A stretch of 64,000 nucleotides of DNA, taken from positions 14,446,001 through 14,510,000 of the forward strand of contig CM075979.1 of NCBI GenBank assembly GCA_038087875.1, written 5' to 3'. Below the pieces are notes generated by a model. The model had not been told where the DNA came from. It saw only the letters and a program-made list of their open reading frames with translations, and searched no databases. Origin of the DNA: Malacoraja senta. Taxonomy: Eukaryota. Positions 51,889-62,441 of this stretch are shown here, piece by piece. The number at the start of each line of letters is the position of its first letter. The first letter of the stretch is position 1. Both the position numbers and the translations under genes were made by a program.

Positions 51889-52471
51889 GGACGGCAAAGT
51901 GGTGCAGCGGTAGAGTTGCTGCCTTGCAGTGCCAGAGACCTGGCTTCGATCCTGACTACGGGTGCATGTCTGGAGTTTATATGTGCTCCCTGTGATTGTG
52001 CTGGTTTTGTCTGGGTGCTCCAGTCCGATCCCACATTCCAAAGACATGCAGGTTTGTAGGTTAATTGGCTTCTGCAAATTGTTCTTAACGTGCACGATAG
52101 AACTAGTTCAATTCAGTTTTGTTTAGTTTAGAGATACAGCGCGGAAACAGGCACTTCAGCCCACCGAGTCTGTGCCCACCAGGGATCCCCGCACACTACC
52201 ACTATCCTTCACACTCAGGACAATTTACAATTTTTTTACCAAAACCAATTAACCTACAAACCTGTACGTCATTGGAGTGTTGGAAGGAACCGGAGCTCCC
52301 AGAGAAAATCCACGCGGTCACAGGGAGAAGGTATAAACTCCATACAGACAGCACCCGTAGTCAGGATCGAACCCGATTCTCTGGCGCTATAAGGCAGCAA
52401 CTCTACCGCTGTGCAGACTCGGTGGGCCAAAGGGCTTGTTTCCACACTGTATCTCTAAAACTAAAACTAAG
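51889..52471 (+). mobile_element. HE1-like V-SINE containing an inverted HE1-like SINE (52115-52412, minus)
   Basis: Plus-strand head and body at 51889-52110, tail resumes at about 52413. Confidence 0.82.
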
Positions 52472-53016
52472 CTTCTAAATAGTGAGAGGGCCAAAGAAGA
52501 ACAAATCAGCAAGGATGTTACACAGATGTGCAAAGCCTACAGAGTGGTGGTACTGGAGGGCTCTAGTTATGCAATGGGATAATGTTGGGAAAGGGAGGAA
52601 TTTGCAAAATGTGTTCAGGACTTGCCTGATTGCCTGAGCAGAATGTTTGATTGGTGCATCTGGAACTGGTGATTAAGTTTGACTAAGTCTGTGCTTGTGG
52701 GTGGTGGGGTTGGGGATAGTTAGGCTGAGAGAACCTGTGCAGTGTGGAAGTCCCAATTACTGTTGGAGGAGTTTATTAATACATTTGTCCAAGTTGCCAT
52801 CCGGCGTCTTCCATTAACATATTCATTTCCCTTGCCTTTGTACTCTGTTGCTCGCAGAGTCCAAAAGACACCTGTCGGTATCTGTCAATTAACATACTAA
52901 CTGTTAGTTCCACTATGTCCTGGTTCTTGCAGACTCGCCATTAATACCTTCATTGATGTTACCTTTGTATCTTGTTGTATGTGGAACCGAGAAGTCGCGA
53001 CTTTTGTACAAGGTAA

Positions 53017-53263
53017 AGGGCCTGTCCCACTTGCCGATTTTTTTCGGCAACATATCAGTGTCGCCAAAAGATTTTGAACATTTCAAAATCCAGCGGCGAC
53101 AAAAAAATGTTGCGACACTTCAAAAAACACCGGGTGTCATACGTCATCACGCCGCATCACCGCCCCATCACATCGCGTCACGCCGCAAATTTTTTGGTGA
53201 CCTGATACGTCAGTCAATGATGCCAGCAGTCGCCGAAAAAAATCACTAAGTGGGACAGGCCCT
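53017..53263. mobile_element. PIF/Harbinger-type MITE
   Basis: agggcctgtcccactt / aagtgggacaggccct; shares gattttgaacatttcaaaatccagc with 40351-40684. Confidence 0.88.
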
Positions 53264-53272
53264 AAAGAGTAA

Positions 53273-53975
53273 AGGCCCTGTCCCACTTACGTGTCCTTGG
53301 CACGCAAATTACGCGACCTCGTCGTCTCATTGAGGCGCAAGGGCATCGTGTGGCCGTGCGGGGCCGGTCGCACTGAGAAGCGCGGAGGGGTATGGAGTTA
53401 TGCGCGGTATGGCGCAGCGCACCAAAATTTTGTAGCGAACAAAATCTTCGCGCACCTGTCCCACTTTGGCCTGTCGCGTAAGTGACGGCCAAAGTGGGAC
53501 AGGCCCAAGACCCTGGCGCGATGCAACGTCTCACCTCCAACAGCAGCAGAAGCAGGCAAACGATCGCCGAGCTCGGCCTGGGGCTCACGGCCGTTGCGGT
53601 CCGGATCTGCCCCCACTTCTACTCCCAGAGCGGGGCCAAGAAAATTGAAGATAGACACAAAATGCTGGAGTAACTCAGCGGGACCGGCAGCATCTCTGGA
53701 GAGAAGGAATGGATGACGTTTCGGGTCAAGACCCTTCTTTCAGACTGAAGAAGGGTCTCGACCCGAAACATCACCCATTGCATCTCTCCAGAGATGCTGC
53801 CGGTCCCGCTGAGTTACTCCGGCATTTTGTGTCCATTTTCAAATGACGTCACGTGCTCCAGACGGCTGTGCGGGCGCATGAAGTCGCGCGCAACCTTCGC
53901 AGGACCGTCGTGCCTCAACGCGACCACGAAGTCGTGTAATTAGCGTGCCAAGGACACGTAAGTGGGACAGGGGCT
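53273..53975. mobile_element. PIF/Harbinger-type MITE containing a fold-back PLE element
   Basis: About 65-bp TIRs; TAA TSD (53270-53272, 53976-53978). Confidence 0.9.
53645..53841. mobile_element. Near-perfect palindromic PLE-derived element with back-to-back hammerhead motifs
   Basis: About 97-bp inverted arms meeting at cttctttcagactgaagaaggg; motifs at 53715-53743 (-) and 53745-53772 (+). Confidence 0.88.
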
Positions 53976-54639
53976 TAAAGCACAATCCTGTGATTAACAT
54001 ATCAATCTACCTCACATCTGTACTTACTCAGTTGTTATCTTTTTTTGGTGTTTAAATATCCTGCTGTACAGACTTAACTTTGGAGTTGTGATTACAGCCT
54101 TTGACTGAGACACTTCTCCCCTTGTGCAAGAAAAACTCACTGCTGATGGTCAATAAGTACTTGAGTCTTATTAAAGAGTCGCCTTCGTCAGTGGATCAGA
54201 AGGTGAAAGAAAGATGCACAGGGAGTGTGATACATTCTAAAATCTATTATTATTATTATTATTATTATTGTTCATTCTATTGGGTTGTGGGCTACCCAGA
54301 CAGAATATGAGATGTTGCTCTAAATGTGCATACTGATGCTTTTTCTAGTAACCATAGGCCAATCAGCTTAATCTTTGTCGACACAAAATGCTGGAGTAAC
54401 TCAGCGGGTGAGGCAGCATCTATGGAGAGAATATTTGTAGTGAGTAAAGTCTTAGAATCAATAACCAGAGAAAAATATTAAGAGGTTATTTGAGTGGTTT
54501 GAGTTTAGCAGTATAGAAATGACAGTGTTAAAGAGTATCCCAGAATAAAGAAACTTAGGGCTTTATTAAAGCTCTGAAGGTATTGAGTATTCAACAGTAC
54601 ATATAGAACTTTGGTTACATAAATTGAGATTTCAAATAA

Positions 54640-54850
54640 AGAAACTGCCGGAGGAACCCAGCAGGTCAAGCAACATCTATGGGGAAAAGGAATTGTTGGT
54701 GTTTTGGGTTGAGATCCTACATCATCTGTCCTGATGAAGGGTCCTCATCCCAAATGTTGGCAGTTCCTTTTCTCCCAGACCCTGCTTGACCTCTGGGTTC
54801 CTCCAGAGTTTGGATTTTGCTACAGATTCCAGTATCTGCAATTTCATATG
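54640..54850. mobile_element. Old fold-back PLE-derived element
   Basis: Diverged inverted arms; ctgatgaagggtc at 54731; repeated cataaattgag flanks. Confidence 0.65.
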
Positions 54851-55479
54851 CCTTCATAAATTGAGGTATCGCGTACAAACAGAGAGGAGGTAATGCTAAA
54901 CATTATAAAGCTTACTTTCAGAATTTCTGCAGGTTTGTGAGCCAGCAGATTAAAGCTAAAAAGCCATGTCATCATTTGCAGAGCTTGATAGTTACTAAAT
55001 AATACAACCACAGCTTTAGAAAGCTGTTTCTACCTCCATTATCTCATTGATTTTTGTAAGGGAATGACCAGAATGTGAAAATGATGCCACTCAGAAGGAT
55101 TTATAGACCTCGATTTCCTAATAAGCTCTCAATGTAGTTGGCTATTGAAAGATTTCATTACGTGGGATTGACAATTAGATATTATATTTGATGGAAAACT
55201 GTTTGAAAGAACATAAGCAAGGGGCCATTATCACTGGATGTAGATCTCCACACACATAGGCAAGTGCTTTAAAATTACCCAGCTCGGTCCTTAAATGGAA
55301 TTTCTGCATTTGCAATAAATGTGATGAAATCGCAAGTGTTGGTATTTAGAACTAAAATACTTTGAAGATAATTTGGAAAGGAAAGAGAGCTTTTGCAACT
55401 TACACATTCCAAGCAGTGCCTGCAGAAAGAACACCTGTTACTTTTATTTGTTCGTGTGAAGGATATCTTTCTCTATGGT

Positions 55480-56520
55480 TAGCAATGTTACAAAATGTTG
55501 AGATTTTAAAAATAAAGTCTGCAATTTATCCCATCAGATAAAGCATAAAAAGAAGTTTAATTTGACACTTAATTCACTTTCATATCTTCAGTATTAAAAA
55601 AGTTATGGCCATTATCATACTCAGAAATTAGCATCTAGTTCCCTATTGCTTTTCCATTGACTTAACACAAAAGCTGTGATCGAGGACAGTTAAAAGCCCA
55701 TAACTTTCTTAAAAATTATGATAACTGAAAGACATTTTCAGGTATTATAGATTGAAGCATTCTGAAACAAATATGAAACAATCTTACTTCGAAGACATGA
55801 AAGTAAAGCATATAATTAGTTAGTTACCTAATTGTAGCTAATTACAAAATTCAATTACTAGATCTAAACATCTATCAATTTCTTAAGAATAGATTAACAT
55901 TTTTAAATAGCCTAAGTGTCCAAATAACAATCACACAATAATTCACAATATAACATAATTTTTAAATCTAATTTTCATGAATTTACAGGCCAAATGGAAG
56001 GAATTGAATGTTTAATACCTGTAAATTAATGGGGATTTAATTCATCTTGCGAGTGAGGATTACTGGAACGCGATCTTTTGGAACGTTGATTTGCGGTGAA
56101 TTTAACCCCGTATTGGCATGAAAAATACTGCCGTTAATTCGGGGAATAAAATCACCGTGTCGCATGACAAAATGTGAATTAAAGGCTTCTTAAGAAGCAC
56201 TTTTATACATTTAAAGAAAGCACTTTCGTTTACCTGTCCCGTGTGTGAAATCCGTTCCCGTTATCGGCGTTGACGCTTCAGGAGCTGCTTTTAAAATGAC
56301 TCCAGCGCTGACATTGACGATTTAATAAAAATAAAAAATTCACAAAACGCCGGTAGGAACGATTTTGTCAGCCAAGGCTTGTACTCCAACAAAATATTCC
56401 CAGGACAAGGGAGGAGAAACCCGCGTTTTAACCCCGCCCCCCCTTAAAGGCGCCAAAATCGCGCACACGGCCAGTGGCAGAATTACAGCGCGACTGAAGG
56501 TAAGTTTTGTAACATACCTA
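55480..56520. mobile_element. Non-autonomous DNA transposon, 16-bp TIR, 7-bp TSD
   Basis: tagcaatgttacaaaa versus taggtatgttacaaaa (14/16 match); TSD ctatggt at 55473-55479 and 56521-56527. Confidence 0.85.
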
Positions 56521-56697
56521 CTATGGTGTAATTACAGATGAGTTACATGGACAATCTCTTTATCTTCATTGGAATTCAGTCTGAAAATAAACAGTTTCTG
56601 CCCTTTTTTACACGAGTTATGTTATGTTGATCCCACATCCTCTGGAAGTTTATTTTCAGACAAAAGACGTCACCTATCCAAGTTCCCCAGAGAACAT

Positions 56698-57011
56698 GGG
56701 CGGCACGGTGGCACAACGGTAGAGTTGCTGTCTTACAGCGCCAGAGACCCGGGTTCGATCCTGACTATGTGTGCTGTTTGTCCGGAGTTTGTGTGTTCTC
56801 CCCGTGACCTGCCTGGGTTTTCTCCGGGTGCTCCGGTTTCCTCCCACACTCCAAAGATGTACAGGTTTGTAGGTTAATTGGCTTTGGTAAAAATGGTAAA
56901 TTGTCCCAAGTATGTAGGATAGTGTTGGTGCGTGAGGATTGCTGGTCACTGTGGACTCAGTGGGCCGAAGGGTGAGTTTTCACGCTGAATCTCTAAACTA
57001 AACTAAACTAA
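56698..57011 (+). mobile_element. HE1-like V-SINE, full length, inserted in a PLE terminal repeat
   Basis: gggcggcacggtggcac head, ggttcgatcc B-box, V-domain, (actaa)n; PLE repeat resumes at gatgctgcctgacc. Confidence 0.92.
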
Positions 57012-58675
57012 AGATGCTGCCTGACCCGCCGTGTTACTCCAGCACTGTGTCTTTTTTATATTCAGATAATTGTTTTCTATCATTTACATTATGAATCCCA
57101 TCATGGTGGAAACCTGAGAGCAAAGGGAAGTAGTAATACAATGTAGTTCTGTGTGAAGCTTCATCTCTCAAACTGGTGAATACAACCGAATATGAGGAAC
57201 CCAATTATAAACACAAATGTTATTATACTTTGCACTGAGTTAGCACAAATAATAGTCATAGAGTCATATAGAATCTATGACTCTATAGAGGCTGTATGAC
57301 TATATATGTGGACATGTCCTTCTGTCCGACCATATCTGCCAACCTAGTGCTAACCTGAGCTAGTCCTATTTGCTTGCATTTTAGATTCCCTATGCTGGGA
57401 AAGAGAATTGGACCGTTCACTTTTTCTATGCCCCTCGTGGCTTTTTAAATTACATAAGATCACCCCTCCATTACACTAATATAAATTCAGCACAAATAAC
57501 TGAATGAAAGTACTGGGAAGATGGTTGAGTCAGAATTTAATCAAAATTCTTTCCCCTCTTGTTGCAGATGGTAATTCACTCATACTTGTTTTTTATCCTT
57601 GGCATTTGGATAAAACCCTTCTCAATTTTTCTTGAGTAGGTGATGGCTGGTCTCCTCCTTGGAAACATGCAGTCACTGGTGTGATGTAGCAACCACAAGG
57701 ATATTAACTAGATAATTGTATCCTAACCCAGCAGCACTGAAGTAACTTACATTTTATCCAGCTCAAGTCAAATATGTGTCTTGGACAGGCATTTTGTGAT
57801 GCTAAAATATCCATGATTCAGCTTTCATTTTTTTACATTGGTCGAAATTTGTGCGGAAAGAAAATCCTGTCAAAATTAAATAGCCGAGTTGCATCTTGTG
57901 GAGTATTCATACTATAGCAGAAGGCTACGGGAGATTAAAGGAATAAATATTGAGTTCACTGGCAGGGGAACTCATAAAGCATTTTGTGATGTCCTGCTTG
58001 GTGTAGTTATGGCTGGACCCATCTTCAATAGTGAGAATAATTCCATCACAGACCTGGCATGAGTTTGATGAACGATGGAAATATCAGGTGAGACACTCAT
58101 TGCAGGAAATATAATTCATACTTTATTCTTGACGTGCTTCACTGTTATTGGTGATTTGGCTAAGACTTTCGGTTATTGTGAATATTAAACATATTGAAAG
58201 CAGAAAAACTCAAGAGAAATTGTGAATTTCATCCTTAGTTGAGATGTTTCATTGTGAGTGCTTATTGATTAATACGCACATGGGGCTTATTTTAGTTTTA
58301 TCTCTGTGGCACGGGAATGAGATCGGTGAGGCCAATATTTATCGCCAATACCTAATGTATGCTTCTTGAGTAGCTGGTGATAATTCTTCTTGAACCTCTG
58401 CATGGCAGTACATTATATTATGTTGTTCGATATGGTGTGCCAAGATATTAACTCAACTCAATGAAGGTCCAGAGATAAAGTTCTAAGTCCGGATGTGAGG
58501 AGGAACTTGACTGTTTCCTAGCTACTTTTCATGTATTGGGAGTTCTACCAAAATGCTACATCTCATTATGTTATTGGGGAAGATTGAATGTTAAGGATAG
58601 GCAGTGACATGGAAATCAAGCATGATGTTTTACTTTGAATGCTTACTATTTCATTCGAACTCCATTAATATAGGA

Positions 58676-59035
58676 AGGTCATAAGGTCATAAGTGATTGG
58701 AGCAGAATCAGGCTATTCGGCCCATCAAGTCTACGACATTCAATCATGGCTGATCTTTCTTTCCATCCCAACCTCATTCTCCTGCCTTCTCCACATAACG
58801 CCCTGACACCGTACAAATCAACAATCTATCTATCTCTGCCTTAAAACTTGGCCTCCACAGCCTTGTGTGGCAAACAATTCCACAGATTTACTACCTTCTG
58901 ACTAAAGAAATTCCTCCTCATTTCTTTCCTAAAGGAACTTCCTTTATATCTGAGGCTATGCTCTCCAGTGCTAGACTCTCCCACTAGTGGAAACATCTTC
59001 TCCACATCCACTCTATCCAAGTTTCAAATAGGTCC
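58676..59035 (-). mobile_element. CR1 3' end
   Basis: (aaggtcat)n tail and CR1 3' UTR. Confidence 0.8.
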
Positions 59036-59201
59036 CTCCCCACTCATCCAGGAAGGTGGAAAGTATTCCATCATGCTTTTGACTTGCATTAATAAAAATG
59101 TTTGTTAAACAAAATTTTGTATATCGAAAAGGCTGGGAGAAATGCATTGGCCTATTTTGAAGTTGAGTATCGCAATGTGTATAAAATGACAGTCTTCAAT
59201 A

Positions 59202-60026
59202 TAGTGACAAATGTATTTCTAAATTGAAGACATATATCCCGAAGGGACAATGGTGTTTAGAAACATTTTGTAAGTAAATCGAATGTTCAAAATTGAGGAA
59301 GGGCTGCCCACCAATTTAAAATGTTTATATTTTGACTGTATTTTAAAATGGCTATATTTCGACACATTATCAAATAGTTCCATGGCATTGCACGTTGAGA
59401 TGTAACAGATGAGCCAATATCATGAGCTTCAAACTCCTGACTCAGAAGAGCAAATAATATGATTAAAAAAACGCCAGGAAATTCATGAAATGTTGGCTTT
59501 GAAGACAAACTAAACAGACTTAAAGGTAGACACAAAATGCTGGAGTAACTCAGCGGGACAGGCAGCATCTTTGGAGAGAAGGAATGGGTGACGTTTCGGG
59601 TCGAGACCCTTCTTCAGACCAGACTCAAAGGCAGGAGCTGTCCTGTTTACCAGATATATGGGGAAATATGTCACAAACAAGGGTAGAATCAATACACAGG
59701 GACATTGAGGTTTCAATTGCTATGCTTTTTAGGAAATGTTCTTCAACGCCTACATTTCATGAATTTCCCAGCAATTTTTAATCATATTATTTGCTCTTCT
59801 GAGTTAGGTGTTTGAAGCTCATGATATTGGCTTATCTATTCCATCCCAATGTGCAATGCCATGAAACAATTTGATAATAGCCATTTTAAAATAGTCATTG
59901 TAAACATTTTAAAATGGTGGGCATCCATTCCTCAATTTTGAACATTTGATGTACTTACAAAATGTTTCTAAACACCATTGTCTCTTCAGGATATATGTCT
60001 TCAATTTAGAAATCAAATTTTCACTA
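59202..60026. mobile_element. Fold-back DNA element with about 300-bp inverted arms and TA flanks
   Basis: 59202-59510 is the reverse complement of about 59738-60026; a PLE repeat sits in the spacer. Confidence 0.8.
59590..59617 (-). ncRNA. Minimal type-I hammerhead ribozyme motif, consensus-perfect
   Basis: Reverse complement ctgaagaagggtctcgacccgaaacgtc within PLE repeat 59524-59620. Confidence 0.75.
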
Positions 60027-60135
60027 TAATGAAGAGCATGTCATTTTATATGCAGTTTTATTTAATGCAGTTAGATTAATCATTTGGAATAAATACACCA
60101 GCTTTGCCCATTTTATCAATATCTCAGATTTATAG

Positions 60136-60354
60136 TAGGAAGGAACTGCAGATGCTGGATTACACCGAAGATAAACGCAAAATGCTGGAGTAACTCCGCA
60201 GGACAGGCAGCCTACCTGGAGAGAAGGAATGGGTAACATTTTGGGTTGAGACCTTTCTTCAGACCTGAATAAGGGTCTCGATCAGTAATGTCATCCATCT
60301 CTTCTCTTAAGAGATGCTGCCTGTCCCGCTGAGTTACTCCAGCATTTTGTGACC
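60136..60354. mobile_element. Fold-back PLE-derived element
   Basis: 15-bp TSD atctcagatttatag (60121-60135, 60355-60369). Confidence 0.88.
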
Positions 60355-60832
60355 ATCTCAGATTTATAGGTTGCATTAAACATATTAAAATATCTCGACA
60401 TTATCAATTAGGAATGACTTAAAAAGACCATATTAATCACGCATTGATTAATAATGGGCTTCTTAATTCTTTCTTAATTGATAATGACAATAACAGAATG
60501 GGATACCTTCATGAATTTCTCATTCATTTGAACATAAGATGGTTTACATTTCCTTGTATTCATCATAATTTGATATTGGCTGGCAGGCTTTTGGACAGAT
60601 CAGATACCTCTTACTGTTCCTGCTCCATTCATGATGGAGCAGTCCAACAATATGATTCCAGACATCTAATTGTAATTCTTCCTTCAGACAAACATCGATC
60701 TTCTGAAGGAAATCTAGTGATTTTCACTCACAATTGACAGACTAATCACAGTACATAGTAGTAAAGAACAGGAATGGATTAAGCTTTGATTTAACCATGA
60801 TACCAGTTTAAACTAATCTCATGTAAATGTCT

Positions 60833-61221
60833 CATCATCATCGGCGGTCACTCGAAGCGAGTATGACTGTCCTCATTTGGGACGTCTGTGCGTGACTTTG
60901 TTTAACGTGGGAAGACTAGCGCACAGAGGTCCTTGACAGATCTGGCCCATGATCTATTGGCATGCAGTCCAAGACGACCGGAGACCCTTTTCTGCTGCAG
61001 CCTTCATCCGCCTTCCCAGCCATTGTGACTCTCCACTAAAGTCAACCTTCATCCACCGTTAAGGTCTTGGTTGGATTGCTCTTTGTCAGGGACATCCTCC
61101 TCGACCTTACCGTCATGGGAGGCCCTACCAGGAGCATAACTCCAGACGGCATCGCTCTCAGGATCTCAGGACCACGCAAGCTTCTCCACCACGACAAGGT
61201 GACAATCCACGGAGAAGTATG
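60833..61221 (-). mobile_element. Non-autonomous RTE-derived element (BovB/Expander-type 5'UTR plus 3' end)
   Basis: Minus-strand 5' caccttgtcgtggtggagaagcttgcgtg...; (atg)n tail; TSD aatgtct (60826-60832, 61222-61228). Confidence 0.75.
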
Positions 61222-61229
61222 AATGTCTA

Positions 61230-61900
61230 AAACATTGAACATTGCACAGTACAGCTCAGGAACTGTCCCTTCAGCTCACAAGGTCCGTGCTAATTATGAT
61301 GCCAAGTTAAACTTATCTCCTCTGCCTGCACATGATCCATATCCCTCCATTCCCTGCATATCCACATGCCTAGCCAAAAGTCACTTGAAAAAACACTATC
61401 ATCTCTGCCACCGTCACCCTGTTCTAAGCATCCACCATTCTCTGTGTAAATAATTTGTCCTTCACATCTCCATTAAATTCTAGCCCTCTAACCTTAAAGC
61501 TATGCCCTGTACTCGTTGATATTTCCACCCTGGGATAAAGGTTCTGATGGTCTATCTTATCTATGCCTCTCATCATTTTATATACTCCCATCGGGTCTCT
61601 CCTCAGTCTCCGATGCACCAGAGAAAACAATCCAAGTTTGTCCAATCTTTCCTTTTCGCTAATACCCTCTTACCTTGGCAGCATACTGGTAAACCTCTTC
61701 TGTGCCCATCTAAATATCTACATATTGCTATTGTATCTGCTTCTACCACCTCCCTTAGCAGCATGTTCCAGGCACCACCACTCTTTAAGTAAACTTGCCT
61801 TGCAAATCTTCTTTAAACTTTTTGCCTCTCACTTTAAACCTAAACCCTGGGGAAAAAAGACTATCTATCCATTCTATGTATCTCATCATTTTATACATTT
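61230..61900 (-). mobile_element. CR1 3' fragments
   Basis: DKLGLFSLVHRRLRRD...LFTQRMVDA. Confidence 0.8.
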
Positions 61901-62441
61901 AAGTAAGTAAGTAAGTAAGTAAGTTTATTAGCCAAGTATTCACATACAAAGAATTTGCCTTGGTGCTCCGCCCACAAGTAACAACATGACATACAGTGAC
62001 AGTTACGAATGACTCAGAAAACACTAAACATTAATAATAATAAAACATTAATGATAAAACACCATTGATCAAGCATGTGAACCAACAAAATACCAGATCA
62101 AAGGGAGGCTACAGATATTTGGCTGTTGAGTAGAGCAACTACTCGTGGATAAAAACTGTTTTTATGTCTGGCTATGGCAGCTTTGACAGTCCGGAGTCGC
62201 CTTCCAGAGGGAAGTGATTCAAACAGTTTGTGGCCAGGGTGAGAGAGGTCAGAGATGATCTTGCTCGCTCATTTCCTGGCCCTTGCCGTGTACAGTTCAT
62301 CAATGGAGGGAAGGTTGCAGCCAATAATCTTCTCTGCTGATCGGACGATTCGCTGCAGCCTCCAGGTGTCATGCTTGGTGGCTGAGCCAAACCAGACCAT
62401 GATGGAGAAGGTGAGAACAGACTCTACGATGGCTGTGCAGA
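61901..62441 (-). mobile_element. Rex1-like LINE 3' end with (CTTA)n tail
   Basis: TAIVESVLTFSIMVWFGS...RLQRIVRSAEKIIGCNLPSI. Confidence 0.88.

Noticed and set aside
56698-56770. tRNA genes at A/B-box sequences (also 15130, 24641 and others)
   Set aside because: Each continues into a V-domain and LINE-derived tail, so these are SINE heads rather than tRNA genes.
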